From: Ranitomeya imitator
Taxonomy: Eukaryota
Reading direction: 5' to 3'
DNA: 64,000 nt
Assembly: GCF_032444005.1 (NCBI RefSeq)
Contig: NC_091291.1
Location: 4,092,001-4,156,000, forward strand
Shown here: piece after piece, positions 34,801 through 45,949 of the stretch
How the letters are laid out: every line of letters begins with the position of its first letter
Numbering within the stretch: position 1 is the stretch's first letter
Made by a program: the position numbers and the translations under genes
The notes under the pieces: generated by a model
The model's database searches: none
The model's input: the letters and a program-made list of their open reading frames with translations, nothing else
Told to the model about the DNA's origin: nothing

Positions 34801-35576
34801 GCCGGATTATCGGACGTTATGGTGCAGTGGATGCCGGATTATCGGACGTTATGGAGCAGTGGATGCCGGATTATCAGACATTATGGAGCAGTGGATGCCG
34901 GATTATCAGACGTTATGGTGCAGTGGATGCCGGATTATCAGACATTATGGAGCAGTGGATGCCGGATTATCAGACGTTATGGTGCAGTGGATGCCGGATT
35001 ATCGGACGTTATGGAGCAGTGGATGTCGGATTATCGGACGTTATGGAGCAGTGGATGTCGGATTATCGGACGTTATGGAGCAGTGGATGCCGGATTATCG
35101 GACGTTATGGTGCAGTGGATGTCGGATTATCGGACATTATGGTGCAGTGGATGTCGGATTATCGGACGTTATGGAGCAGTGGATGTCGGATTATCGGACA
35201 TTATGGTGCAGTGGATGTCGGATTATCGGACGTTATGGAGCAGTGGATGCCGGATTATCGGACGTTATGGAGCAGTGGATGTCGGATTATCGGACGTTAT
35301 GGAGCAGTGGATGCCGGATTATCGGACGTTATGGAGCAGTGGATGTCGGATTATCGGACGTTATGGAGCAGTGGATGCCGGATTATCGGACGTTATGGAG
35401 CAGTGGATGTCGGATTATCGGACGTTATGGAGCAGTGGATGCCGGATTATCGGACGTTATGGAGCAGTGGATGCCGGATTATCGGACGTTATGGTGCAGT
35501 GGATGCCAGATTATCGGACGTTATGGTGCAGTGGATGCCGGATTATCGGACGTTATGGTGCAGTGGATGCCGGATT
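31824..35576. repeat. Minisatellite, 32 bp unit GCCGGATTATC(A/G)GACGTTATGG(A/T)GCAGTGGAT, ~117 copies
   Basis: Tandem repeat. It explains the multiple MDAGLSDVMEQW... ORFs. Confidence 0.98.
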
Positions 35577-36065
35577 TCCGGCGCTGGTGGTGCAGTGACA
35601 CCCGTTGCCTCTTCTCCGCCCCGTGGCTCGGCGCCTCCATTGTTTCCATATCTGGGTGACTACGCCCGTCGCTGGATTCTCGCCCTCCCGCTGTTGTATG
35701 CAGGAATCTGCCGGCAGGAATGTCGTCCTCGTCCTTCACACTAATTGCTGCAAACATCTAAATAAATCTCATAAAACGTGATCAGGCGACGAGCTGCAGA
35801 TCATTGATGGTTCCGGGCGCCGGCCCACTGATCGCGGGGAGAGGTCACCGGCTGCTTTGTTCTCCCGGAGATAAACTGTCGGCAACGATGTCGGAGTCTC
35901 CTCATAGAGAACCCAGGAGCTCGACCAAGCAAGGGAGGCCCAGATGGCGGAGGGCCGGCGGAGGGCCGGTGTGACCGCCGTCCACTGCTGCCTGCACCGC
36001 TGGTCCCCGCTCCCTGGATCCCTCCTTACACAGGGAGGACGTTCCCCACTTATCCCATTCTGAGC

Positions 36066-36093
36066 CTGATGAAGGGTTATGGCCCGAAACGTC
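36066..36093 (+). ncRNA. Degenerate minimal hammerhead-like core
   Basis: CTGATGA-A-GGG-TTATGG-CCC-GAA-ACGT-C, with a palindromic ACGT in place of helix III. Helix I pairing next to the core is poor. Confidence 0.4.
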
Positions 36094-36252
36094 CGTAGGG
36101 TGTGTGCCCATGATCCGGACCTAGTAGCACATGTCCTTTTGAACGCGGGTGATTCCGCATGGATTCATTGACTCGTGCGGATTCACCAATACATTTCCTG
36201 AAATCTCATGCACTGTGCTGTAACATCTGGACCCTGCACAAGTACAGAGCGT

Positions 36253-36894
36253 CTGACCCGCAGCGCTTCCTCACCGTGTGCACCGACCCTTATACTTCCC
36301 CTTGTGGGGTCTGACCCGCAGCGCTTCCTCACCGTGTGCACCGACCCTTATACTTCCCCTTGTGGGGTCTGACCCGCAGCGCTTCCTCACCGTGTGCACC
36401 GACCCTTATACTTCCCCTTGTGGGGTCTGACCCGCAGCGCTTCCTCACCGTGTGCACCGACCCTTATACTTCCCCTTGTGGGGTCTGACCCGCAGCGCTT
36501 CCTCACCGTGTGCACCGCACCGACCCTTATACTTCCCCTTGTGGGGTCTGACCCGCAGCGCTATCTCACCGTGTGCACCGACCCTTATACTTCCCCTTGT
36601 GGGGTCTGACCCGCAGCGCTTCCTCACCGTGTGCACCGACCCTTATACTTCCCCTTGTGGGGTCTGACCCGCAGCGCTTCCTCACCGTGTGCACCGACCC
36701 TTATACTTCCCCTTGTGGGGTCTGACCCGCAGCGCTTCCTCACCGTGTGCACCGACCCTTATACTTCCCCTTGTGGGGTCTGACCCACAGCGCTTCCTCA
36801 CCGTGTGCACCGACCCTTATACTTCCCCTTGTGGGGTCTGACCCGCAGCGCTTCCTCACCGTGTGCACCGACCCTTATACTTCCCCTTGTGGGG
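36253..36894. repeat. Minisatellite, 58 bp unit, ~11 copies
   Basis: CTGACCCGCAGCGCTTCCTCACCGTGTGCACCGACCCTTATACTTCCCCTTGTGGGGT in tandem. Confidence 0.97.
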
Positions 36895-37037
36895 GAATAA
36901 TGGTTTTGGAGATGAGGGAAAAAAATAAAAAACATTCAAAAAGCGTTTCTCTATTCCCAGTGTAATAATCCTTTATCACTATTCATTTTCTGCATGCCGG
37001 TCTCAGTCCTTTACTCGAGTGCTCAGGTCAAGGCAAA

Positions 37038-37231
37038 GGCCGGGATCACACATACGCGAGATACGGCCGAGTCTCGCAGGTGAAAACCCAGCTCTGGTGC
37101 CGGTACTCCGGAGCGGAGCGTGCAGCCGCACAGCAATACATGGAGCCGCACGCTCCGCTCCCAAGTGCCAGCGCCAGAGGAGGGTTTTCACCTGCGAGAC
37201 TCGGCCGTATCTCACATGTGTGATCCCGGCC
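37038..37231. mobile_element. MITE (194 bp), PIF/Harbinger-like
   Basis: ~50-bp TIRs GGCCGGGATCACACATACGCGAGATACGGCCGAGTCTCGCAGGTGAAAACCC / GGGTTTTCACCTGCGAGACTCGGCCGTATCTCACATGTGTGATCCCGGCC. Flanks are AAA / TAA (one mismatch). Confidence 0.88.
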
Positions 37232-37559
37232 TAAAGCTTTAGGCCGTAGCCTGAGGATTGGGCCCAAGGACTGAAACTGAGATTAGGATCTGTAGATTGG
37301 ATCTGACGATGGACCTAAGGAATGGAGCTCAGAACTGCAGATGGGGTTAGGACCTGAAGACTGGACCAAAGAATATACCCAAGGACTAAATGCACTGCCT
37401 GGATCTAAGAGAGGGACCTGAGGAATACATGTGAGAACTGGACTTAACCCAATGGGATTCAAACCCTACAGTATAGTTAAAAATTGAACCCTAGGACCAG
37501 AGCGGAGAACTGTTACTGAGGACTTGACCTGGGGATCTGACCCAAGGAGTGGGAAGAAG

Positions 37560-38320
37560 CAGAGCTGAGGACTGGAATTGTAGCATGGACCCAAGGACTG
37601 GATCCCTAGATGACTAGACTGAAGCGGAGTACTGGACCCCTGGACGAGATATGAGGGCTGGAATTGTGGCATGGACCCGATAACTAGACTGGAGATAAGG
37701 AATGGACCCGTAGACTAGATCTGAGAGATGGAATTATGGCACAGACCCAAGGAGTAGACTGGAGCTGAAGACTGGACCCCTAGACATAATCTGGAGGCTG
37801 GAACTGCGGCATGGACCTGAGGATTAGACTGGAGCTGAGGACTGGACCCATAGTCGAGATCTGAGGGCTGGAATTGTGGCATGGACCAGAAGACTAGACT
37901 GGAGCTGAGGACTGGACCCCTAGACGATTTCTGGGGGCTGGAATTGTGTCATGGACCTGAGGACTAGACCCCTGGACGAGATCTAAGGGCTGAAATTGTG
38001 GTATGGACCCAAGGACTAGACTGGAGCTGAGGACTGGACCCATAGATGAGGTCTGAGGGCTGGAATTGTGGCATGGACCTGAGGACTAGACCCCTGGACA
38101 AGATCTAAGGGCTGAAATTGTGGTATGGACCCAAGGACTAGACTGGAGCTGAGGACTGGACCCATAGATGAGGTCTGAGGGCCCGAATTTTGGCATGGAC
38201 CCGAGGACTAGACTGGAGCTGAGGACTGGACCCCTGGACGAGATTTGAGGGCTGGAATTGTGGCATGGACCCGAGGACTAGACTCAAGTGAGGATTGGAA
38301 CTGTAGACCAGATCTGAGTG
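37560..38320. repeat. Degenerate ~70 bp tandem repeat
   Basis: Recurring GGCATGGACCC.AGGACTAGACTGGAGCTGAGGACTGGACCC.TAGA.GAGATCTGAGGGCTGGAATTGT, decaying toward ~37250. Confidence 0.85.
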
Positions 38321-38791
38321 TCATTGATCTAGGAGACCACTTGTGGCTGTGGGGCTGATTTTGGAGCTGCTCCTCTACAATCTGCGGCTACTAATATTCT
38401 GCTTCCCTCCCGCTAATTCTGGGGATTATTCATGAGGTTCCCGCCCTGCGTTGCCTGAAGGAAATTCCTGACAATTATCAATTCTCCTAGAGCTGAAGAC
38501 AAAGAGATGAACAATAGTGAAGACCCTGTGGCCCCTGCACGTGTGATGGGGAACTAAGGGCGATGCTTAGGTCCTGGCCCCTTCTCCCTCTCGTGGATCC
38601 TGTCTCCCGTGGCCTCTATTGTGTGAGATAATTGGTGTCCTCATTCTGGAGAGTAGTCATCATCCCGACATTCCTCCCATTGTCTCCAGCACGTGACCTG
38701 ATGTATAAGTTTGTGGCACTGGACGGAGCAGTTCAGTCGCTTCTGGAAGCTCGAGCTCTGTATCTGAAGGAAAGTCTCCGACTTGACAGCC

Positions 38792-39508
38792 ATGATCTGC
38801 TGCCTGCTCCACATTATCGGCCTCCTCTGCGGAGCCATCGGTATGATCCTCACCTGGATCGTGACCATCATGCCTTACTGGAGGCTGGTTGTTCTGGCCG
38901 AGAACAACGACCTGATCATTGATGGTGGCCGGATTGACGGTGAGTGGATCAGCCGCTGGGACGGGCTGTGGCTCACGTGTCTGAAGCAGTTCCGGATAAA
39001 TATGGAATGCAACAACTATGGCTCCATGGTGTCGCTCACCGCCGACCTGAAAGCTGCCCGCATCTTCATGAGCTTCGCCGTTGCCATGTCGGTCCTCGCC
39101 TTCATATTCTCCATCGTCGGCTTCATTCTCACCCAGTGCTGCCGATGCGACGACAAAGACAATGAGCGCAATTGCTTCACCCTGACCGCCGGACTCCTGT
39201 ACTTCCTCAGCACCATCCTCGTCCTCATCCCCGTCATCTGGACTACGGTTAACATCTCGCGCCGCGCCTATGACGCTTCATTTACCCGGGGGGCAGTGCG
39301 GATCGAGATCGGACAAGCTCTGCTGCTGGCCTGGCCCAATATCATCTTCCTCCTGGGCGGAGGGATAATGCTGAGCTGCCTCTGCTGCTTCTGCGCAATG
39401 AGCACCTGCTGCACCAGGGAACCCTACAAACAAGGGACCGCTGCATGCAAGCCGTACGCAGCCAAAGAGGAGCGAGTCAGCTGCAGCCCCCGCATGGAGT
39501 ATATATAA
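38792..39508 (+). CDS. Intronless claudin, divergent claudin-8/17-like, 238 aa
   Basis: ATG in GCCATG context (the track's start at 38783 is a TTG). Four hydrophobic segments. Claudin signature W...WDGLWLTC-x9-C in ECL1. DLKAAR and RIEIGQALLLAW match claudin-8-type motifs (DLQAAR, RELGEALYLGW). Cys-rich segment after TM4. C-terminal EYI resembles the YV PDZ-binding motif. Confidence 0.92.
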   Translation: MICCLLHIIGLLCGAIGMILTWIVTIMPYWRLVVLAENNDLIIDGGRIDGEWISRWDGLWLTCLKQFRINMECNNYGSMVSLTADLKAARIFMSFAVAMSVLAFIFSIVGFILTQCCRCDDKDNERNCFTLTAGLLYFLSTILVLIPVIWTTVNISRRAYDASFTRGAVRIEIGQALLLAWPNIIFLLGGGIMLSCLCCFCAMSTCCTREPYKQGTAACKPYAAKEERVSCSPRMEYI

Positions 39509-40164
39509 GGACAGCAGAAAACGCAGCCTTGGACCCACTGAAGTCATCTGTCAGCTGTACAGGTGGAGCAGAATGGATTGCATCTCTGCTAAGTCAATGC
39601 ACGGGTTGGACTCAAATTTGGACTGCAGCGGGTGGTTGGGCCCAAGGGTCTTATGGGCTCCGAATATCCCCTCGTACGGCGGCAGAGACGGTTCTGGACC
39701 AGCCGCCATTGTGACATGTCATGTATTCAGTACCTGTGCGGCGATTACCATCTTTCCACCCATAACACTGTGGACTATAGATGTGGCCCCTCGGGGCCCA
39801 GGACCCGCACTGTGTATTCCCATCATGTGATTACATGGACTGACCCCAGATTTTATTATCATGTCTTATGGCGGACAGCAGGGGGCGCAATGCTCATGAC
39901 CATCACCCCCACTGTGACCAGGGTCAGCAGCCTGGAGCCGCGGCATCGACGCGTCACTACATTTCTCTATTCTGTAAAACATCTGCTGCTTCCTGGAAAC
40001 CATCAACAAGTAGGTGACTGGCTGATACCTGCAACATCTCAGTACAGCCACATGGTAAGGCCAGCCGCTGACGGCCTCCCGTCTGCTACTGCCCCGTCAG
40101 AAGTGGCTGATAACAGGAAGCAATAGACGTTATCTCTAATCATTATTACTGACCCCCCATCATG

Positions 40165-40218
40165 TAATTATTTATTTATTTCTGTGATTATTATGTACCG
40201 GAATGTAATAGCATTAAA
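40165..40218 (+). promoter_or_regulatory. AU-rich element and candidate ATTAAA polyadenylation signal of the claudin 3' UTR
   Basis: Overlapping ATTTA repeats (TAATTTATTTATTTATTT) and ATTAAA at 40213-40218, about 700 bp after the stop codon. Confidence 0.4.
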
Positions 40219-40347
40219 GTTGATGAGAGTAGTAGTCCTGTGTCCGGTGGAGTTGTTCTTATGTCCCAACAAGCTACATGATTAAAGAAAGACATCAGAC
40301 AATATTCCCTGATCACCGCCGTATTCTGGGAGTCACTCTCCGTTTTA

Positions 40348-40493
40348 GGCCACGTTCACACGTTCAGTCTTTTACATCAGTATTTGTAAGCAGGAGAACA
40401 ATCAGGACCAGTAGAAAAGAAACCCGTCACCACTCCTGTAGTATCTCACAGCTACAAATAATTATGTAAAATACTGAACGTGTGAACGTGGCC
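40348..40493. mobile_element. MITE (146 bp), PIF/Harbinger-like
   Basis: TIRs GGCCACGTTCACACGTTCAGT / ACTGAACGTGTGAACGTGGCC with TTA on both sides. Confidence 0.9.
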
Positions 40494-40509
40494 TTAGTCA
40501 TATACTCTG

Positions 40510-41085
40510 CAAATCTGACCTTCATGGAAGAGCGGCAAGACGGAAGAAAGCCATAAGAAGTCCCACGTGGGGGGCACAGCAAGGATGTAGAGGAAGGGGC
40601 TCTGGTCAGATGAGACCAAAATGCTATGTATGGTGGAAGACTAACCCTGCACAAAAACCTGAAAAAAAAACATCCCCACCGTCACACATGGTGGGTGCAA
40701 CATCTTGCTGTGGGGAGGCTTTTCTTCAGCAGGGGCAGGGAAGCTGGTCAGAGGTGACGGGAGGATGGATGGAGATAAATATAGGACAATCCTCGAGAAA
40801 AACCTGATAGAGACTGCAGAAGACATGACACACGGGTGTAGGTTCACTTGGCAGCAGGACAACGACCCTCAACATCCTGGCGAGCTACAATGGAGGGTGT
40901 AGATCAGAGCATATTCCTGTGTGTGAACAGCGCAGTCACCGTCCAGACCCAAATTCCAGAGAATCTGTGACAAGACGTGAAAATGACTGATCACAGAGGT
41001 CTCCATACAATGTCACGGAGCGAGGGGGCAAAAACGTCACCTCTAGATGTGCAAGAGACAGACCCCACAGACTGCAGCAAAGAAA
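40510..41085 (+). mobile_element. Tc1/mariner transposase relic (DDE region)
   Basis: Disrupted frames encode WSDETK, PTVTHGGCNILLWGGFSSAGAGKLVR.DGRMDGDKYRTILEKNL and FTWQQDNDPQH, all Tc1 catalytic motifs. Multiple deletions and stops. Confidence 0.88.
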
Positions 41086-44000
41086 GGAGCGGTACTGTGC
41101 AATATATATATACAGGACAGGAGGAGTGGTACTGTGCAATATATATATACAGGACAGGAGGAGTGGTGCTGTGCAGTGTATATATACAGGAGGAGCGGTA
41201 CTGTGCAATATATATATACAGGACAGGAGGAGTGGTGCTGTGCAGTGTATACAGGAGGAGCGGTACTGTGCAGTGTATATATACAGGAGGAGAGGTACTG
41301 TGCAGTGTATATATACAGGAGGAGTGGTACTGTGCAGTGTATATATACAGGACAGGAGGAGTGGTGCTGTGCAGTGTATATATACAGGAGGAGCGGTACT
41401 GTGCAGTGTATATATACAGGACAGGAGGAGTGGTGCTGTGCAGTGTATATATACAGGAGGAGCGGTACTGTGCAATATATATATACAGGACAGGAGGAGT
41501 GGTGCTGTGCAGTGTATATATACAGGAGGAGCGGTACTGTGCAGTGTATATATACAGGACAGGAGGAGTGGTACTGTGCAGTGTATATATACAGGAGGAG
41601 CGGTACTGTGCAGTGTATATATACAGGACAGGAGGAGCGGTACTGTGCAGTGTATATATACAGGACAGGAGGAGTGGTACTGTGCAATATATATATACAG
41701 GACAGGAGGAGTGGTGCTGTGCAGTGTATATATACAGGAGGAGCGGTACTGTGCAGTGTATATATACAGGAGGAGAGGTACTGTGCAGTGTATATATACA
41801 GGACAGGAGGAGTGGTGCTGTGCAGTGTATATATACAGGAGGAGCGGTACTGTGCAATATATATATACAGGACAGGAGGAGTGGTGCTGTGCAGTGTATA
41901 TATACAGGAGGAGCGGTACTGTGCAGTGTATATATACAGGACAGGAGGAGTGGTACTGTGCAGTGTATATATACAGGAGGAGCGGTACTGTGCAGTGTAT
42001 ATATACAGGACAGGAGGAGTGGTACTGTGCAGTGTATATATACAGGAGGAGCGGTACTGTGCAGTGTATATATACAGGACAGGAGGAGTGGTACTGTACA
42101 GTGTATATATACAGGAGGAGTGGTACTGTGCAGTGTATATATACAGGAGGAGTGGTACTGTGCAGTGTATATATACAGGAGGAGTGGTACTGTGCAGTGT
42201 ATATATACAGGAGGAGTGGTACTGTGCAGTGTATATATACAGGACAGGAGGAGGGGTACTGTGCAGTGTATATATACAGGAGGAGCGGTACTGTGCAGTG
42301 TATATATACAGGACAGGAGGAGTGGTACTGTACAGTGTATATATACAGGAGGAGTGGTACTGTGCAGTGTATATATACAGGAGGAGCGGTACTGTGCAGT
42401 GTATATATACAGGAGGAGCGGTACTGTGCAGTGTATATACAGGAGGAGTGGTGCTGTGCAGTATATATATACAGGAGGAGTGGTACTGTGCAGTGTATAT
42501 ATACAGGAGGAGTGGTACTGTGCAGTGTATATATATACAGGAGGAGCGGTACTGTGCAGTGTATATATACAGGAGGAGTGGTACTGTGCAGTGTATATAT
42601 ATACAGGAGGAGCGGTACTGTGCAGTGTATATATACAGGACAGGAGGAGCGGTGCTGTGCAGTGTATATATACAGGACAGGAGGAGCGGTACTGTGCAGT
42701 GTATATATACAGGACAGGAGGAGTGGTACTGTGCAGTGTATATATACAGGAGGAGTGGTACTGTGCAGTGTATATATACAGGAGGAGCGGTACTGTGCAA
42801 TGTATATATACAGGACAGGAGGAGAGGTACTGTGCAGTGTATATATACAGGACAGGAGGAGCGGTACTGTGCAGTGTATATATACAGGAGGAGTGGTACT
42901 GTGCAGTGTATATATACAGGAGGAGTGGTGCTGTGCAGTGTATATATACAGGAGGAGTGGTGCTGTGCAGTGTATATATACAGGACAGGAGGAGTGGTAC
43001 TGTGCAGTGTATATATACAGGACAGGAGGAGTGGTACTGTGCAGTGTATATATACAGGACAGGAGGAGTGGTACTGTGCAGGGTATATATACAGGAGGAG
43101 CGGTACTGTGCAGTGTATATATACAGGAGGAGCGGTACTGTGCAGTGTATATATATATACAGGACAGGAGGAGAGGTACTGTGCAATGTATATATACAGG
43201 AGGAGCGGTACTGTGCAGTGTATATATACAGGACAGGAGGAGTGGTACTGTGCAGTGTATATATACAGGACAGGAGGAGTGGTACTGTGCAGTGTATATA
43301 TACAGGACAGGAGGAGTGGTACTGTGCAGTGTATATATACAGGAGGAGTGGTACTGTGCAGTGTATATATACAGGACAGGAGGAGTGGTACTGTGCAGTG
43401 TATATATACAGGAGGAGAGGTACTGTGCAGTGTATATATACAGGAGGAGCGGTACTGTGCAGTGTATATATATATATACTGTATATACAGGACAGGAGGA
43501 GAGGTACTGTGCAATGTATATATACAGGAGGAGCGGTACTGTGCAGTGTATATATACAGGACAGGAGGAGTGGTACTGTGCAGTGTATATATACAGGACA
43601 GGAGGAGTGGTACTGTGCAGTGTATATATACAGGAGGAGTGGTACTGTGCAGTGTATATATACAGGAGGAGTGGTACTGTGCAGTGTATATATACAGGAG
43701 GAGTGGTACTGTGCAGTGTATATATACAGGAGGAGTGGTACTGTGCAGTGTATATATACAGGAGGAGTGGTACTGTGCAGTGTATATATACAGGAGGAGT
43801 GGTACTGTGCAGTGTATATATACAGGAGGAGAGGTACTGTGCAGTGTATATATACAGGAGGAGTGGTACTGTGCAATGTATATATACAGGAGGAGTGGTA
43901 CTGTGCAGTGTATATATATACAGGAGGAGAGGTACTGTGCAATGTATATATACAGGAGGAGCGGTACTGTGCAGTGTATATATACAGGACAGGAGGAGTG

Positions 44001-45949
44001 GTACTGTGCAGTGTATATATACAGGACAGGAGGAGTGGTACTGTGCAGTGTATATATACAGGACAGGAGGAGTGGTACTGTGCAGTGTATATATACAGGA
44101 GGAGAGGTACTGTGCAGAGAATATATACAGGAGGAGTGGTACTGTGCAGTGTATATATACAGGAGGAGCGGTACTGTGCAGTGTATATATACAGGAGGAG
44201 CGGTACTGTGCAGTGTATATATACAGGAGGAGTGGTACTGTGCAGTGTATATATACAGGAGGAGTGGTGCTGTGCAGTGTATATATACAGGACAGGAGGA
44301 GTGGTACTGTGCAGTGTATATATACAGGAGGAGTGGTGCTGTGCAGTGTATATATACAGGACAGGAGGAGTGGTACTGTGCAGTGTATATATACAGGAGG
44401 AGTGGTACTGTACAGTGTATATATACAGGAGGAGGGGTACTGTGCAGTGTATATATACAGGAGGAGGGGTACTGTGCAGTGTATATATACAGGAGGAGGG
44501 GTACTGTGCAGGGTATATATACAGGACAGGAGGAGCGGTACTGTGCAGTGTATATATACAGGAGGAGTGGTACTGTGCAGTGTATATATACAGGAGGGGT
44601 ACTGTGCAGTGTATATATACAGGAGGAGGGGTACTGTGCAGTGTATATATACAGGAGGAGTGGTACTGTGCAGTGTATATATACAGGAGGAGCGGTACTG
44701 TGCAGTGTATATATACAGGAGGAGCGGTACTGTGCAGTGTATATATACAGGACAGGAGGAGTGGTACTGTGCAGTGTATATATACAGGACAGGAGGAGTG
44801 GTACTGTGCAGTGTATATATACAGGACAGGAGGAGCGGTACTGTGCAGTGTATATATACAGGACAGGAGGAGCGGTACTGTGCAGTGTATATATACAGGA
44901 GGAGCGGTACTGTGCAGTGTATATATATACAGGAGGAGTGGTACTGTGCAGTGTATATATACAGGAGGAGTGGTACTGTGCAGTGTATATATACAGGAGG
45001 AGTGGTAGTGTGTAGTGTATATATACAGGAGGAGTGGTACTGTGCAGTGTATATATACAGGAGGAGTGGTACTGTGCAGTGTATATATACAGGAGGAGTG
45101 GTGCTGTGCAGTGTATATATACAGGAGGAGTGGTGCTGTGTAGTGTATATATACAGGAGGAGTGGTACTGTGCAGTGTATATATACAGGAGGAGTGGTAC
45201 TGTGCAGTGTATATATACAGGAGGAGTGGTGCTGTGCAGTGTACATATACAGGACAGGAGGAGAGGTACTGTGCAATGTATATATACAGGAGGAGCGGTA
45301 CTGTGCAGTGTATATATACAGGAGGAGTGGTACTGTGCAGTGTATATATACAGGAGGAGTGGTGCTGTGCAGTGTATATATACAGGACAGGAGGAGTGGT
45401 ACTGTGCAGTGTATATATACAGGAGGAGTGGTACTGTGCAGTGTATATATACAGGAGGAGTGGTACTGTGTAGTGTATATATACAGGAGGAGTGGTACTG
45501 TGCAGTGTATATATACAGGAGGAGTGGTACTGTGCAGTGTATATATACAGGAGGAGTGGTGCTGTGCAGTGTACATATACAGGACAGGAGGAGAGGTACT
45601 GTGCAATGTATATATACAGGAGGAGCGGTACTGTGCAGTGTATATATACAGGAGGAGCGGTACTGTGCAGTGTATATATACAGGACAGGAGGAGTGGTAC
45701 TGTGCAGTGTATATATACAGGAGGAGTGGTACTGTGCAGTGTATATATACAGGAGGAGTGGTGCTGTGCAGTGTATATATACAGGACAGGAGGAGTGGTA
45801 CTGTGCAGTGTATATATACAGGAGGAGTGGTGCTGTGCAGTGTATATATACAGGACAGGAGGAGTGGTACTGTGCAGTGTGTATATACAGGAGGAGCGGT
45901 ACTGTGCAGGGTATATATACAGGAGGAGCGGTACTGTGCAGTGTATATA
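41086..45949. repeat. Minisatellite, 32 bp unit with 37 bp variant, ~140 copies
   Basis: TGTGCAGTGTATATATACAGG(ACAGG)AGGAG(T/C)GGTAC with a variable internal TA tract. It explains the 1300-1700 aa low-complexity ORFs on both strands. Confidence 0.98.

Noticed and set aside
31843-35744. Multiple MDAGLSDVMEQW... ORFs up to 746 aa
   Set aside because: Translations of the 32-bp minisatellite. The same peptide appears in all three frames because the unit length is not a multiple of 3.
36148-36187. Small hairpin GGTGATTCCGCATG / CGTGCGGATTCACC
   Set aside because: Short and imperfect, probably a MITE remnant. No evidence for a terminator or miRNA.
38704-38709. TATAAG as a TATA box for the claudin
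   Set aside because: A weak single motif with no other support for a transcription start.
38783-38791. Track start of the claudin ORF (MTA...)
   Set aside because: That codon is TTG. The in-frame ATG at 38792 has a GCC Kozak context and gives a typical short claudin N-terminus.
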